From the sequence record DRR723986_7890: a stretch of 41,769 nt of DNA, one strand, 5' to 3'. A model generated the notes under the pieces. That model had not been told where the DNA came from and searched no databases. It worked only from the letters and a program-made list of their open reading frames with translations. Below are positions 9,894 to 19,192 of this stretch, in pieces. A program made the translations under genes and the position numbers. The stretch's first letter is position 1, and each line of letters begins with the position of its first letter.

Positions 9894-11526
9894 TGGCTGA
9901 CACCAAGCCACGCAGCGAGGCCTTGGTGATTGACTTGTGCTCACCAACCCCGAACAATTCCTCGCCGCTGGGCGCTTTAACCAAGATATAAGCGGCAGCC
10001 TTGGAGTCACTCCCAGACTCAAGCGCGTGCTCGGAATAGTCAATAATATCGTAGGCCAAGCCAAATCTATCGGTGAGGGCATGGACAAGCGAATCGAGCG
10101 GCCCGCCCCCCTGCCCTTGCAGCGTCGCACTCTCTGACTTGTAGACTACTTCGAACTCAAACCGTTCGACGTCTTCCTCTTCGCTTGGCAACAGTTTGTG
10201 TGAAACGTATTCCAGCGGCCCTTCAGGCTCAAGATAAGTTGCCCTAAAGTGTTTAGCGACTTCTGGACCACTAATTTCAACACCGCTTGAATCGGTTATC
10301 CGCTGAATCACTTTGCTAAATGCGACCTGCAGTCGTCTCGGCAGGCGGAAGCCTAGCTCATGCTCGACTAGGAACGCGACCCCGCCCTTGCCCGACTGCG
10401 AGTTGACGCGAATAACTGGATCGTACTGCCGCCCAATATCGGCCGGATCGACCGTAAGGTAGGGCACTTCGAAGCGATCCGACTCGGCGTGTCGCATCGC
10501 ATCGTAGCCCTTCTTGATGGCATCTTGATGCGATCCCGAAAATGCGGTGAACACAAGATCGCCCGAGTATGGAGTGCGTTCGTGCACTTTGATCTCGGTG
10601 CAAAACTCGGCGACCCGACGTATTTCTTTGATATGCGAGAAATCTAGGTTCGAATCTACGCCCTGCGTTGTCATATTGAGGGCCATGGTCACGATGTCCA
10701 AGTTCCCAGTGCGTTCGCCGTTGCCGAAAAGGGTCCCTTCAACTCGATCGCCCCCGGCCAGCAATCCCAGTTCACTAGCGGCAATACCGGTGCCCCGGTC
10801 ATTGTGAGTGTGCAAAGAAATAATGGCAGCCTCACGATGCTTGAACAGCCGGCAGAACAGTTCGATCTGATCTGCGTAGACGTTCGGCGTACTCAATTCA
10901 ACCGTAGAGGGCAGATTGATGATCGTCTTGTTGGCCGCGGTGGGCTGCCAAACTTCGCATACTGCGTCACAAATGTCAGCCGCATACTCGACCTCCGTTC
11001 CAGTGAAGCTCTCCGGCGAATACTGATAACGCACAGTTGCGTCGGAAACATTTTGAGCCAGCTCGTGGATAAGCTTTGCTCCATCGACGGCAATTTTGGT
11101 GATCTCTTCCTGATCCGCACGGAAGACGACCCGCCGCTGGAGTTCAGACGTCGAATTGTATAGGTGGACAATCGACTGCTTTGATCCCTGAATCGCGTCA
11201 AACGTCTTCTCGATCAGGTGTGGTCGCGCCTGCGTAAGCACCTGAATGGTGACGTCATCAGGAATCAACTCCTCTTCGATCAGCTCTCGAACGAATGCGA
11301 AATCGGTATCCGACGCAGCGGGAAAACCGACTTCGATCTCCTTGAAACCTATCTTCACGAGCGTTCGAAAGAGTTCCATCTTCTTGGCTGGGCCCATCGG
11401 ATTGATGAGTGCCTGGTTGCCGTCACGCAGGTCGACCGAACACCAGACCGGTGCCTGATCGATGGTGCGGCTGGGCCATTTTCGATCGTCCAATTCGATG
11501 GGTGGGAACGCTACGTATTTGGCCAC
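9859..11526 (-). CDS. leuA: 2-isopropylmalate synthase (yeast/actinobacterial-type LeuA)
   Basis: WCSVDLRDGNQAL, YSPESF, HTHNDRG, GNGERTGN, AFSGSHQDAIKKG, VNSQSGKGG; C-terminal regulatory domain; GTG start with AGGA RBS. Confidence 0.96.
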   Translation of the reverse strand: MAKYVAFPPIELDDRKWPSRTIDQAPVWCSVDLRDGNQALINPMGPAKKMELFRTLVKIGFKEIEVGFPAASDTDFAFVRELIEEELIPDDVTIQVLTQARPHLIEKTFDAIQGSKQSIVHLYNSTSELQRRVVFRADQEEITKIAVDGAKLIHELAQNVSDATVRYQYSPESFTGTEVEYAADICDAVCEVWQPTAANKTIINLPSTVELSTPNVYADQIELFCRLFKHREAAIISLHTHNDRGTGIAASELGLLAGGDRVEGTLFGNGERTGNLDIVTMALNMTTQGVDSNLDFSHIKEIRRVAEFCTEIKVHERTPYSGDLVFTAFSGSHQDAIKKGYDAMRHAESDRFEVPYLTVDPADIGRQYDPVIRVNSQSGKGGVAFLVEHELGFRLPRRLQVAFSKVIQRITDSSGVEISGPEVAKHFRATYLEPEGPLEYVSHKLLPSEEEDVERFEFEVVYKSESATLQGQGGGPLDSLVHALTDRFGLAYDIIDYSEHALESGSDSKAAAYILVKAPSGEELFGVGEHKSITKASLRGLVSAINRAVVIHQND

Positions 11527-11592
11527 TGGTTGGTTCCTAAGGTTCTGCAGGCTGACGACAAACGCGAGGCGGTCAGCCTAGACTTTTCATAC

Positions 11593-11631
11593 AAAAAAAG
11601 CCCCGATGCTTTTGGGAAGCGTCGGGGCTTT
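11593..11631 (-). terminator. Attenuator terminator hairpin of the leuA leader
   Basis: Minus strand AAAGCCCCGA-C-GCTT-CCCAA-AAGC-A-TCGGGGC followed by T7. Confidence 0.9.
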
Positions 11632-11658
11632 GGATTGAATCACTAACGACGTACGCCC

Positions 11659-11721
11659 CTAACGCTTGCCCAGAGCAAGCGGGAATAGGAGGCCGGATAG
11701 CAATGAAAGTTGAATTCTCAT
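11659..11721 (-). CDS. leuL: Leucine attenuator leader peptide MRIQLSLLSGLLFPLALGKR
   Basis: 20 codons with 7 Leu (CTT, TTG, CTA, CTC, CTA, CTT, CTG). It ends 27 nt before the terminator upstream of leuA. Confidence 0.85.
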   Translation of the reverse strand: MRIQLSLLSGLLFPLALGKR

Positions 11722-11760
11722 AATTGCCAATATTTCCGAAGGCGAAGTCGAACTAACAGA

Positions 11761-11789
11761 AAAGTATCCGCCGCCGGACCCAACGTCAA
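11761..11789 (-). promoter_or_regulatory. Sigma70-type promoter of leuL-leuA
   Basis: Minus strand TTGACG (11789-11784), 17 nt, TACTTT (11766-11761). Confidence 0.6.
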
Positions 11790-11926
11790 CCCTTTGGCTG
11801 ATTTGCGTCACTCTGGCACCCGCTGAAACGCGCCGCCCAAGCTTCCGATTAAGATAGGGCACTGAGCAAGCCCGCTGACGAGAATCCGAACGATTCTCCA
11901 CTGGCGAATACCACTTGAGCCACACC

Positions 11927-13129
11927 ATGACGAGAACAAAACGCGAAGCCCCCCGACTGCTCGACTGGCAGCGCGTACGTCGCCTGAGCGAGTTGACGCT
12001 GCTAAACCGCATCGCGTTGGTTTTGCTGGTTGCTATTCCAATGGTTGTCGCAGTTTGGCCCAAGTATCAGTCATCGGTCCTGCGGTACAACCGAACGCTG
12101 GACGCGGCTCGAGAGCGATTCAACCTGCGTCGTCCATCCACCGATAGTGCGGTCCCGCGTACTCCCAGCAGTACAGACGCCTCGGGCGAAGCTGCGGAGG
12201 CACCTGCTTCATCAAGCTCGATTGAGAACAACCCGGCAGCGGATACCACCTCGCCCGACTCTACTTCGCCGGATTCCACTCCGCCGTATGCCAGCGACGA
12301 TTCAGCAAGTAACCGTGCAACTGGCGTTTCTGCCGATGGAGCAAACGCCTATCCTGAGCCAGCCGCAACGGCGACGACAGAAAAGCCTGAATTAGCTGAT
12401 GACAAGGCTGACGCGAAGCCCGCGCCAGCCATCGATCAAACGGCCTCCACACAAGAACCGGCCGAACAAGAGCATTACGCACAAACCGCCGCACCCGAGC
12501 CGCAACGAGCGTTGGAGCCGATTGCCGGCGCGGGAGGTTACATTCGCGCTTGGGGAATGGACCAGCCACTATTGGAAACACGGGTGGAAGCGAACTGGAT
12601 TGATCCGCTTCCACAGAATCGCCAATTGCCAATCATTCCGAGGACTTGGGCCATGGCTTTTATGGCGGCCCTATGCATCTTGATCGGTGATACGCTCCGC
12701 CAGTTGTTTTGCCCAACCATTGTTCGCGACTTCAGCTTGACCGACTACATTGATTCTCGAGTTCAGCTATTTGCATCCGCACCGTCGAGCGACACATTTT
12801 CACGAGCTGTCAGGCAGCTACGAACAGAAGCGCTCAAGGAAAAGACACCTGAGAAAAAGGCGCCCGATGACGAGCCCTCCGAAGAAGGCACAGCGGACGA
12901 AGAAGAGCTTCCTGAGCACCTCGATGCACTGCATGGTTCGACTGGTGCGTCGCCGGTATCTCTCGGAAAAATAGAATCAGCCAGCCGCTCGACGTATGAA
13001 TCACTGGCCACGAAAAGACCCATCGCCATCTTGCTAAGCATCATTGCCTACTCGGCGGCCGTGGTGATCATCGTCAAGATCATCCAGGAGCAGACGATCA
13101 ACGTGCTCTCGGCAGCAGGCTGGATTTAG
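11927..13129 (+). CDS. Membrane protein with long low-complexity Ser/Thr/Pro/Ala region, unknown function
   Basis: Three hydrophobic segments separated by disordered linkers (DTTSPDSTSPDSTPP). Start ATG 11927 or TTG 11915. Confidence 0.65.
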   Translation: MTRTKREAPRLLDWQRVRRLSELTLLNRIALVLLVAIPMVVAVWPKYQSSVLRYNRTLDAARERFNLRRPSTDSAVPRTPSSTDASGEAAEAPASSSSIENNPAADTTSPDSTSPDSTPPYASDDSASNRATGVSADGANAYPEPAATATTEKPELADDKADAKPAPAIDQTASTQEPAEQEHYAQTAAPEPQRALEPIAGAGGYIRAWGMDQPLLETRVEANWIDPLPQNRQLPIIPRTWAMAFMAALCILIGDTLRQLFCPTIVRDFSLTDYIDSRVQLFASAPSSDTFSRAVRQLRTEALKEKTPEKKAPDDEPSEEGTADEEELPEHLDALHGSTGASPVSLGKIESASRSTYESLATKRPIAILLSIIAYSAAVVIIVKIIQEQTINVLSAAGWI

Positions 13130-13160
13130 TGCTGTCCGCCAAGGCCAGCGGTACTTCGCA

Positions 13161-13841
13161 TTAGGCTACGGTTTCAAACCGATATGCTACGTGGGGTTCT
13201 GGCTGAAAGTTACTTGGAGCTGCGACGGGCGGCACCACCTCCTCTCGCAGAGCTTCCAGACGGTCAGTCTTACGAACAACTTCAGCCAGACTCTGCGCAC
13301 GGAGCTTCCGATACAGCTTGGCTCGACGCGACTCAACGGTCCGAACACTTACGTTCAACTGCTCTGCCGCTTCGCGGTTGGAAGTCCCTTGAAGTACGTG
13401 CTGCAAGACGTCAACTTCGCGGCTGGTCAGTTTCGAAAACTGCTGATTAAGCTCGTCGTATTCGTTCCGCTTAGCAACAAAATCGCTCAGGCTGTTCTTG
13501 GCGTTTTCGAGTACCAGCCCCATTTTGCCTGCCTCATGTGGACGCTCAAGTGCGTAGACTACGCCTTTGTGCATCATGGCCGCCACTTCCGCGGCGGTTA
13601 AGCTTGGTGCGGTCGCAATGAATTTTCGATGTGTAAACTGACTAGCAGCGCGAGCAAGCGTGGCCGAAAGGTCCCCATCAACGGATGACCTGTCGACTAC
13701 TGTGATATTAGGTTCCGTAACCTCTGCCTGCTCAGAAACGAGAAAACGACTGCGGATCGTTGCTCGCAAACCGTGCGACGTCGCAACCTGCGTCCACAAC
13801 ATGATGGACTCAGGATTAGTTTCAAAAAGGATAAATTCCAC
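13161..13841 (-). CDS. FixJ/LuxR-family regulator with degenerate receiver-like N-domain
   Basis: LTSREVDVLQHVLQGTSNREAAEQLNVSVRTVESRRAKLYRKL is a LuxR HTH. Confidence 0.85.
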   Translation of the reverse strand: MEFILFETNPESIMLWTQVATSHGLRATIRSRFLVSEQAEVTEPNITVVDRSSVDGDLSATLARAASQFTHRKFIATAPSLTAAEVAAMMHKGVVYALERPHEAGKMGLVLENAKNSLSDFVAKRNEYDELNQQFSKLTSREVDVLQHVLQGTSNREAAEQLNVSVRTVESRRAKLYRKLRAQSLAEVVRKTDRLEALREEVVPPVAAPSNFQPEPHVAYRFETVA

Positions 13842-14349
13842 TTCCGAGGGACCCAGCGATAGCAGTAAGTAGTAGATAAGGAATGATGCAGCCTAAAAAT
13901 TTGGCTACAAGAGTTGAAAGCGTTGCTACTTGCACAAACCCGCAATCACTTTTTCGAATTATTCTGCGACACTGAACAGATGTGGTTTTCCGCATCGGCT
14001 TGCTGGAGCGGTGGCTTTGGATTGCAATGCTATTAAATCAGTAGTTTTGCGGCGTGGCTGGTTCTAGGCAGGCGGATCGAGGCCGACGTTTCGCGAGCCC
14101 TGTGCTGGTGAATTGCCCCTGTGTTGGTGCCGTATGATGGCGAGGGAATGATGAGGCAAAACCGTTGGCCCGGGGCAAACTGCCTGAGTAACCCGCCGGG
14201 TCGAGGAACTAAATGTTCTTGAGCAGCTACAAATTGAGACTCCGAACTTAACCTGCAACCTAATGCTTGGCCGTGACACCAAGCCCCTGCTTTGTAGAAG
14301 ATGACCTTCACATCGCAGGCAGTGACAGATCGATAGCGAGGCGGATTGA

Positions 14350-14880
14350 ATGATGAACGAAACCCCGGAAGCCTCCGGTGAGTGGATAGAGAAGATGTAC
14401 GATGAACTTCATCGTATGGCGACATCTTATATGCGCAATGAGCAGAACACGGTTTCCCTTTCACCAACGGTGCTCATCCACGAACTCTATTTACGCCTGC
14501 CGTCAGACGCCAGCAAGAAACTTTCGCGCACTCACTTCTTTGCCCTCGCGGCAGCAAACATGCGAAGAGCTCTGGTCGACCAAGCTCGATTTCGCAACAG
14601 AAAGAAACGTGGCGGTGGGTTAGCGCGTCGACAAATGGTCGACTGGGAAATGATCAGCCCGGCCAATAGCGATCATGTCATCGCCGTCGACGAAGCGCTC
14701 ACTGAACTTGCCAATCTCGACAAGCGTCAAGCCGATGTGGTCGAGATGCGTTTCTTTGCTGGCATGACGATGTCTGAAATTGCGCAGCACTTGGGCGTTA
14801 GCAAACGAACCGTCGAAGGAGACTGGACGATGGCAAAGGCTTGGCTACGCCGTTGGTTCGACGAAGAAGGTGACGCGTGA
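14350..14880 (+). CDS. ECF-type sigma-70 factor (kinase-associated, planctomycete type)
   Basis: YDELHRMA, LSPTVLIHELYLRL, HFFALAA..MRRALVDQAR, KRGGG, VVEMRFFAG, region-4 HTH. Confidence 0.92.
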   Translation: MMNETPEASGEWIEKMYDELHRMATSYMRNEQNTVSLSPTVLIHELYLRLPSDASKKLSRTHFFALAAANMRRALVDQARFRNRKKRGGGLARRQMVDWEMISPANSDHVIAVDEALTELANLDKRQADVVEMRFFAGMTMSEIAQHLGVSKRTVEGDWTMAKAWLRRWFDEEGDA

Positions 14881-17168
14881 CTGCCGACTTTCACCAACGA
14901 GCCAAAGCCCTATTCGCCGAGCTAGTCGATGCACCTACTTCCGTTCAAGAGAAACGGTTAAAGGAGATCTCAAGCGACGACCCTAATCTGGCTAGCGAAG
15001 TAGGCTCACTCCTGCACTATCACACCGCCCAGTCGCTTGTCACCACGCCATCGACGCCCAAAATCCGAACGCGCTCCACACTTAGCACACAATACGAAAA
15101 CCAAGCCCTTGAGTGGTTCACGATACCGGGGCGAGCACTACTGATCTCACTGCCGCTTTTCATCCTGGCAATCGTGCTGGCCAGCCTAGCAGCGACACAG
15201 ATCGAATCACAACTATCCGAAATGGTTTCCAACCATCTGGTCGATGCGCTAAAGCTGAAGATCCAGGACTTTGATGCTTGGGAAAGCCAGGAGATTGAGC
15301 GGGCTGAACAATGGGCGCAGGATGCCAGAATCACCGCCGCAATTGAAGAACTCGTCAGCACTGCTCGGGAAGCCCCCGCCGACAAACTTCGCGAACACCT
15401 CGAGCAAACCGATGCGTCGGCGTCAATCTCAAGCACGCTTCAAGAGCTAGCTGGTCGCCCAGTCAAGTACGCCGTCTGGGACCGGCAAATGAATACGCTG
15501 GCCGACTGGAACCAGAATCGTAATCCCGAAATTCTCGGTGCATATGTCACCCGGGACGGAGCTAACACGCTGGCCCGAGTACTAAAGGGGCGGCCCGCGA
15601 TGTACCTGCCCAATTTGAGCGTCCCCATTTCACTCGGATACACATCTGACGGCACGTCCCCAATCCTCTCAATCTTCATTCCAATTCGCGGATCCAATGA
15701 CCGCATCATCGCCGTCCTCATGCTTCGCGGCTACGGGCTTGAAGAACAATACAAATCGATGATCCAAGATTGGAACATCGACCAGACCAAAGAGTTCTAC
15801 ATCGTCTCGCGAGATGGAGCCATGGTCACCGAGAGCAAACATGATGTTGAAACGTTCAACCTGAGCTACCGAGACCAAAACAAGAAGCGGATGATCGTCC
15901 TTCGCGACCCAGGCGTGAACCTACTTGCGGGCGAGACTCCTGGCCAGCCGGCATCCTCGTGGCAAGAGACTCTGCTCGCGCGGCAAGCGAAAACAAAAAA
16001 TGACGGCATGAACGTCAATGGCTACCGCAACTATCTCGGTCAGAAGGTCGTTGGTGCTTGGCAATGGATGCCGCGACATGGCGCATCGATGGCAGTTGAG
16101 TCCGACTACGCTGCAACGTTTCGCGCGGCAACCGCCTTCCGATGGACCATGTACGCTATCAGCGCCGTATTCGGTCTAAGCCTGCTAGCCTTCTGTGTGA
16201 CCACCGCCTGGAAGCAGTCTTCCCGTCGACGATTGAGAGATGTTTCCGAGGTAGGCCCCTACCAGATCCAAGAGGTCATCGGTGAAGGTGGTATGGGTCG
16301 AGTCTACTTGGCCGAACACACGCTACTCTGTAGGCAATCTGCCGTTAAGGTCTTGCTCAAGGGAGACAACGACCTAAGCATCATCAGCCGATTCGAACGC
16401 GAGGTGCAGCTTGCCAGTCAGCTAACACACCCGAACACGATCGCCATCTATGACTTTGGCCGCAATAAAGATGGCATCTTCTACTACGCAATGGAATACA
16501 TCAACGGTGCGCACCTGGGCCAGTTGATCGAATACGCTGGACCGCTTCAACCCGGTCGCTGCATTCACGTGCTTCGCCAACTGTGCCGCGCTCTACAGGA
16601 AGCTCACCAAGCGGGTGTCGTCCATCGCGACATCAAGCCGCAAAACATAATGGTGTGCAATCGAGGAGGAGAGCCAGACTTTGTAAAGCTCTTCGACTAC
16701 GGACTAGTGAAAGCGTTTGCCCCCGGCGTCTCACACTCAACCTCTCAAACCGAAGTGGTCGTTGGTACGCCAAGATTCATGGCACCAGAACGACTCAGTT
16801 CGCCCTGGTTGGCTGACCCTCGAGTCGACATCTACTCCATTGGTGCACTCGCCTACTTCTTACTCACTGGACAATTGCCTCCGCTTGTCTCTCCATCAGA
16901 ATCGATGGAGTACGAACAGCCAGGCGTCGAAACTCTCGATCTCCCCGCCGAAGTGGTGCAGTTTGGCGGCTTGTTGAGTATTTGCATGAGTGTCGAGTCG
17001 TCGGCGCGGCCGTCCAGCATGAATTCACTTCTCCACGAACTGGACGTGCTTTCTGAAGAATTTAGCTGGACGCGTGAAGACTCCGAGCAGTGGTGGGAGG
17101 AAAATGAAGCAAAACTGCTTCAGTACGTTGCCACCAAACGAAAAAATCTCAACGCTCCGTTAAACTAG
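14877..17168 (+). CDS. Membrane Hanks-type Ser/Thr kinase with extracytoplasmic (Cache-like) sensor
   Basis: GEGGMGRVY, AVK, HRDIKPQN, DYG, GTPRFMAPE; two TM helices flank a ~320-aa domain; GTGA overlap with the ECF stop. Confidence 0.9.
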   Translation: MTADFHQRAKALFAELVDAPTSVQEKRLKEISSDDPNLASEVGSLLHYHTAQSLVTTPSTPKIRTRSTLSTQYENQALEWFTIPGRALLISLPLFILAIVLASLAATQIESQLSEMVSNHLVDALKLKIQDFDAWESQEIERAEQWAQDARITAAIEELVSTAREAPADKLREHLEQTDASASISSTLQELAGRPVKYAVWDRQMNTLADWNQNRNPEILGAYVTRDGANTLARVLKGRPAMYLPNLSVPISLGYTSDGTSPILSIFIPIRGSNDRIIAVLMLRGYGLEEQYKSMIQDWNIDQTKEFYIVSRDGAMVTESKHDVETFNLSYRDQNKKRMIVLRDPGVNLLAGETPGQPASSWQETLLARQAKTKNDGMNVNGYRNYLGQKVVGAWQWMPRHGASMAVESDYAATFRAATAFRWTMYAISAVFGLSLLAFCVTTAWKQSSRRRLRDVSEVGPYQIQEVIGEGGMGRVYLAEHTLLCRQSAVKVLLKGDNDLSIISRFEREVQLASQLTHPNTIAIYDFGRNKDGIFYYAMEYINGAHLGQLIEYAGPLQPGRCIHVLRQLCRALQEAHQAGVVHRDIKPQNIMVCNRGGEPDFVKLFDYGLVKAFAPGVSHSTSQTEVVVGTPRFMAPERLSSPWLADPRVDIYSIGALAYFLLTGQLPPLVSPSESMEYEQPGVETLDLPAEVVQFGGLLSICMSVESSARPSSMNSLLHELDVLSEEFSWTREDSEQWWEENEAKLLQYVATKRKNLNAPLN

Positions 17169-17275
17169 CTAGCCCCCGAAAAAGCTGACGCTCGGCAACG
17201 GACCAACATCGCCGCTGCGCTAGGCTCAGGACGGTACGTTCTGCCGATGGCACTTCTCTGGCGCGAGGCTCCCCG

Positions 17276-18370
17276 ATGCAACACCTTACCCAAAAAATCA
17301 AACTAGCCCACTATGCCAGAAGCGTGGCAGTGGCGGCCGTTGCCCTGACTTGCGTGCTATTGCTAACAACGATCAGTTACGCAGAAATCAAATTCTCAAG
17401 CGATGGCGACCATCAGATCATCGAGATTCGCCACGGTAGCACTACGGCGAAGCTATGCCCCTCGCAAGGAGCGAATGTATTCTCGATCGAAGTTGCTGGA
17501 CACGAATTCCTTCGTCAACCAGAAAGCGACGACAAGATAGGCGGAGTCTCATGCGGTGTCCCCGTACTCTACCCGACTCCGAATCGAGTCAAGGACGCTA
17601 AGTTCACTTTTGACGGGACAGAGGTGACTTGGAAACCAAACGCTGGTGGAAATTTCATTCACGGTTTGGTCAATCGACACTCCTGGAAAGTTGTCAATGT
17701 TTCCTCCACTGGATCCGTTCAAGGAAACTCGTCAACCGTTGTGATGAAGGCCGACTTCAATGAAAACAGCGAACTGCACCAGCAGTTTCCATTCGCCCAC
17801 GCACTCACCCTGTCGGTAAAAGTATCCGATGGTCGTGTCAGATGGACCTACGAAGTAGACAACTCCTCGGGCCAGCAGCGAATCCCCTTTGGCTTTGCCC
17901 TACACCCCTACTTCACCTACCAAGGCTCTCGCGAATCAACGTACCTTACGATCCCAGCAACCCACTGGATGCACTCGGAACAGAAGCTTCCCTCAGGAAA
18001 ACTGGTCCCTGCAAAAGACTTGGACTTTCCTCTCGGCAAGCCTATGTCGCTCGCTGGCACAAAATTCGACGATGTGTTTTTCGGAATGAATCCGAAAGCC
18101 CCGACGACCATCGATTTCCGCGACGCCGATTGCTCCGTCGAAATCGCAGCCTCAGAAGCGTTCACCCACTTAGTCGTTTGGACTCCGCAAGCCAACTACT
18201 TCGGAATCGAATCCCAAACCTGCAGCACTGATGCTCACAATCTACATGCTGCTGGATTTGAAAAAGCCGCACATTTGCAAATATGCGAACCTGGAAAAAC
18301 GGCCACCGGCTGGGTTGAATACCGGGTCACTGCTCCGGCCGATCAAGCCGCAACAGGAAATCAGCCTTGA
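17276..18370 (+). CDS. Aldose 1-epimerase (galactose mutarotase-like) family protein, probably exported
   Basis: PVLYPTPNRV, IHG, GFALHPYF, FDDVF, GIESQT motifs; N-terminal signal-like segment. Confidence 0.85.
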   Translation: MQHLTQKIKLAHYARSVAVAAVALTCVLLLTTISYAEIKFSSDGDHQIIEIRHGSTTAKLCPSQGANVFSIEVAGHEFLRQPESDDKIGGVSCGVPVLYPTPNRVKDAKFTFDGTEVTWKPNAGGNFIHGLVNRHSWKVVNVSSTGSVQGNSSTVVMKADFNENSELHQQFPFAHALTLSVKVSDGRVRWTYEVDNSSGQQRIPFGFALHPYFTYQGSRESTYLTIPATHWMHSEQKLPSGKLVPAKDLDFPLGKPMSLAGTKFDDVFFGMNPKAPTTIDFRDADCSVEIAASEAFTHLVVWTPQANYFGIESQTCSTDAHNLHAAGFEKAAHLQICEPGKTATGWVEYRVTAPADQAATGNQP

Positions 18371-19140
18371 ACGACTGGTTTTGGTACGCACTACTCATTC
18401 CTGCAGGCTTTGCCGCGGGGATCATCAATACGATCGCTGGGGGCGGTTCGTTCTTGACCCTACCGGCCCTTTCGCTTCTCTGCGGACTAGACTGGAAAGC
18501 GGCTAACGGAACCAACCGCATCGCCATCCTTCTCTCCAGCGCTTCTGCCAGTGCAACCTTCCACAAGCACGGTCACCTGGACAGAAGCCTGGCACTAAAA
18601 CTTGCCATTCCAACGCTGCTCGGTGTCCCCGCCGGTGCAAGATTGGCAATTGCGCTTCCAACCAGCGCCATTGAACCCATCTTCGGTATCCTGTTCCTGC
18701 TGATGGCGGCCCTGATTGCAACCAATCCGAAACGCCTACTTGCATCGACCGAGAACAAGAAGACAGTTCCGGCGTCGGCCTACATCGTGTTCTTCGCAAT
18801 TGGTATCTACGTGGGCTTCATCCAAGCAGGAATGGGGATTCTTATCCTGATTGCAATGAATCTAGTCGGCGCGGGCAGTCTGGCCGAATCGAATGGAACC
18901 AAGAACCTAATCGGCTTCCTAGTAACGCTGACTGCCGTCATCGTATTCGTCGCCTACAACCAAGTCTACTGGATCCCGGGTTGCATCATGGCGATCGGAA
19001 ACATCGCCGGGGGATACGTAGGCGCTAAACTTGCAATCAAGAAAGGCAATAAGCTTATTCTGACGGTCCTGCTGATCGTCATGGTGGGTACCGGCTGCAA
19101 GCTTCTTTGGCCCCAGCTTGCCAATCTATTCGCAAGCTAA
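18367..19140 (+). CDS. Sulfite exporter TauE/SafE (TSUP) family membrane protein
   Basis: GFAAGIINTIAGGGSFLTLPAL, ANGTNR, GIYVGFIQAGMG; TTGA overlap with the upstream gene. Confidence 0.9.
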   Translation: MNDWFWYALLIPAGFAAGIINTIAGGGSFLTLPALSLLCGLDWKAANGTNRIAILLSSASASATFHKHGHLDRSLALKLAIPTLLGVPAGARLAIALPTSAIEPIFGILFLLMAALIATNPKRLLASTENKKTVPASAYIVFFAIGIYVGFIQAGMGILILIAMNLVGAGSLAESNGTKNLIGFLVTLTAVIVFVAYNQVYWIPGCIMAIGNIAGGYVGAKLAIKKGNKLILTVLLIVMVGTGCKLLWPQLANLFAS

Positions 19141-19192
19141 CATCGACAGACTGAGGCAGCCTGATGGACGCCATTGTTTTATTTATTCAGCT

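Noticed and set aside
11722-12063. 134-aa minus-strand ORF 11659..12063
   Set aside because: Only its last 20 codons (the leader peptide) are supported; the rest crosses the promoter and the opposite-strand gene
14153-14200. GGCAAA-stem-GGCAAA resembling a c-di-GMP-I riboswitch upstream of the ECF gene
   Set aside because: No GNRA tetraloop, no tetraloop receptor and no convincing closing P1
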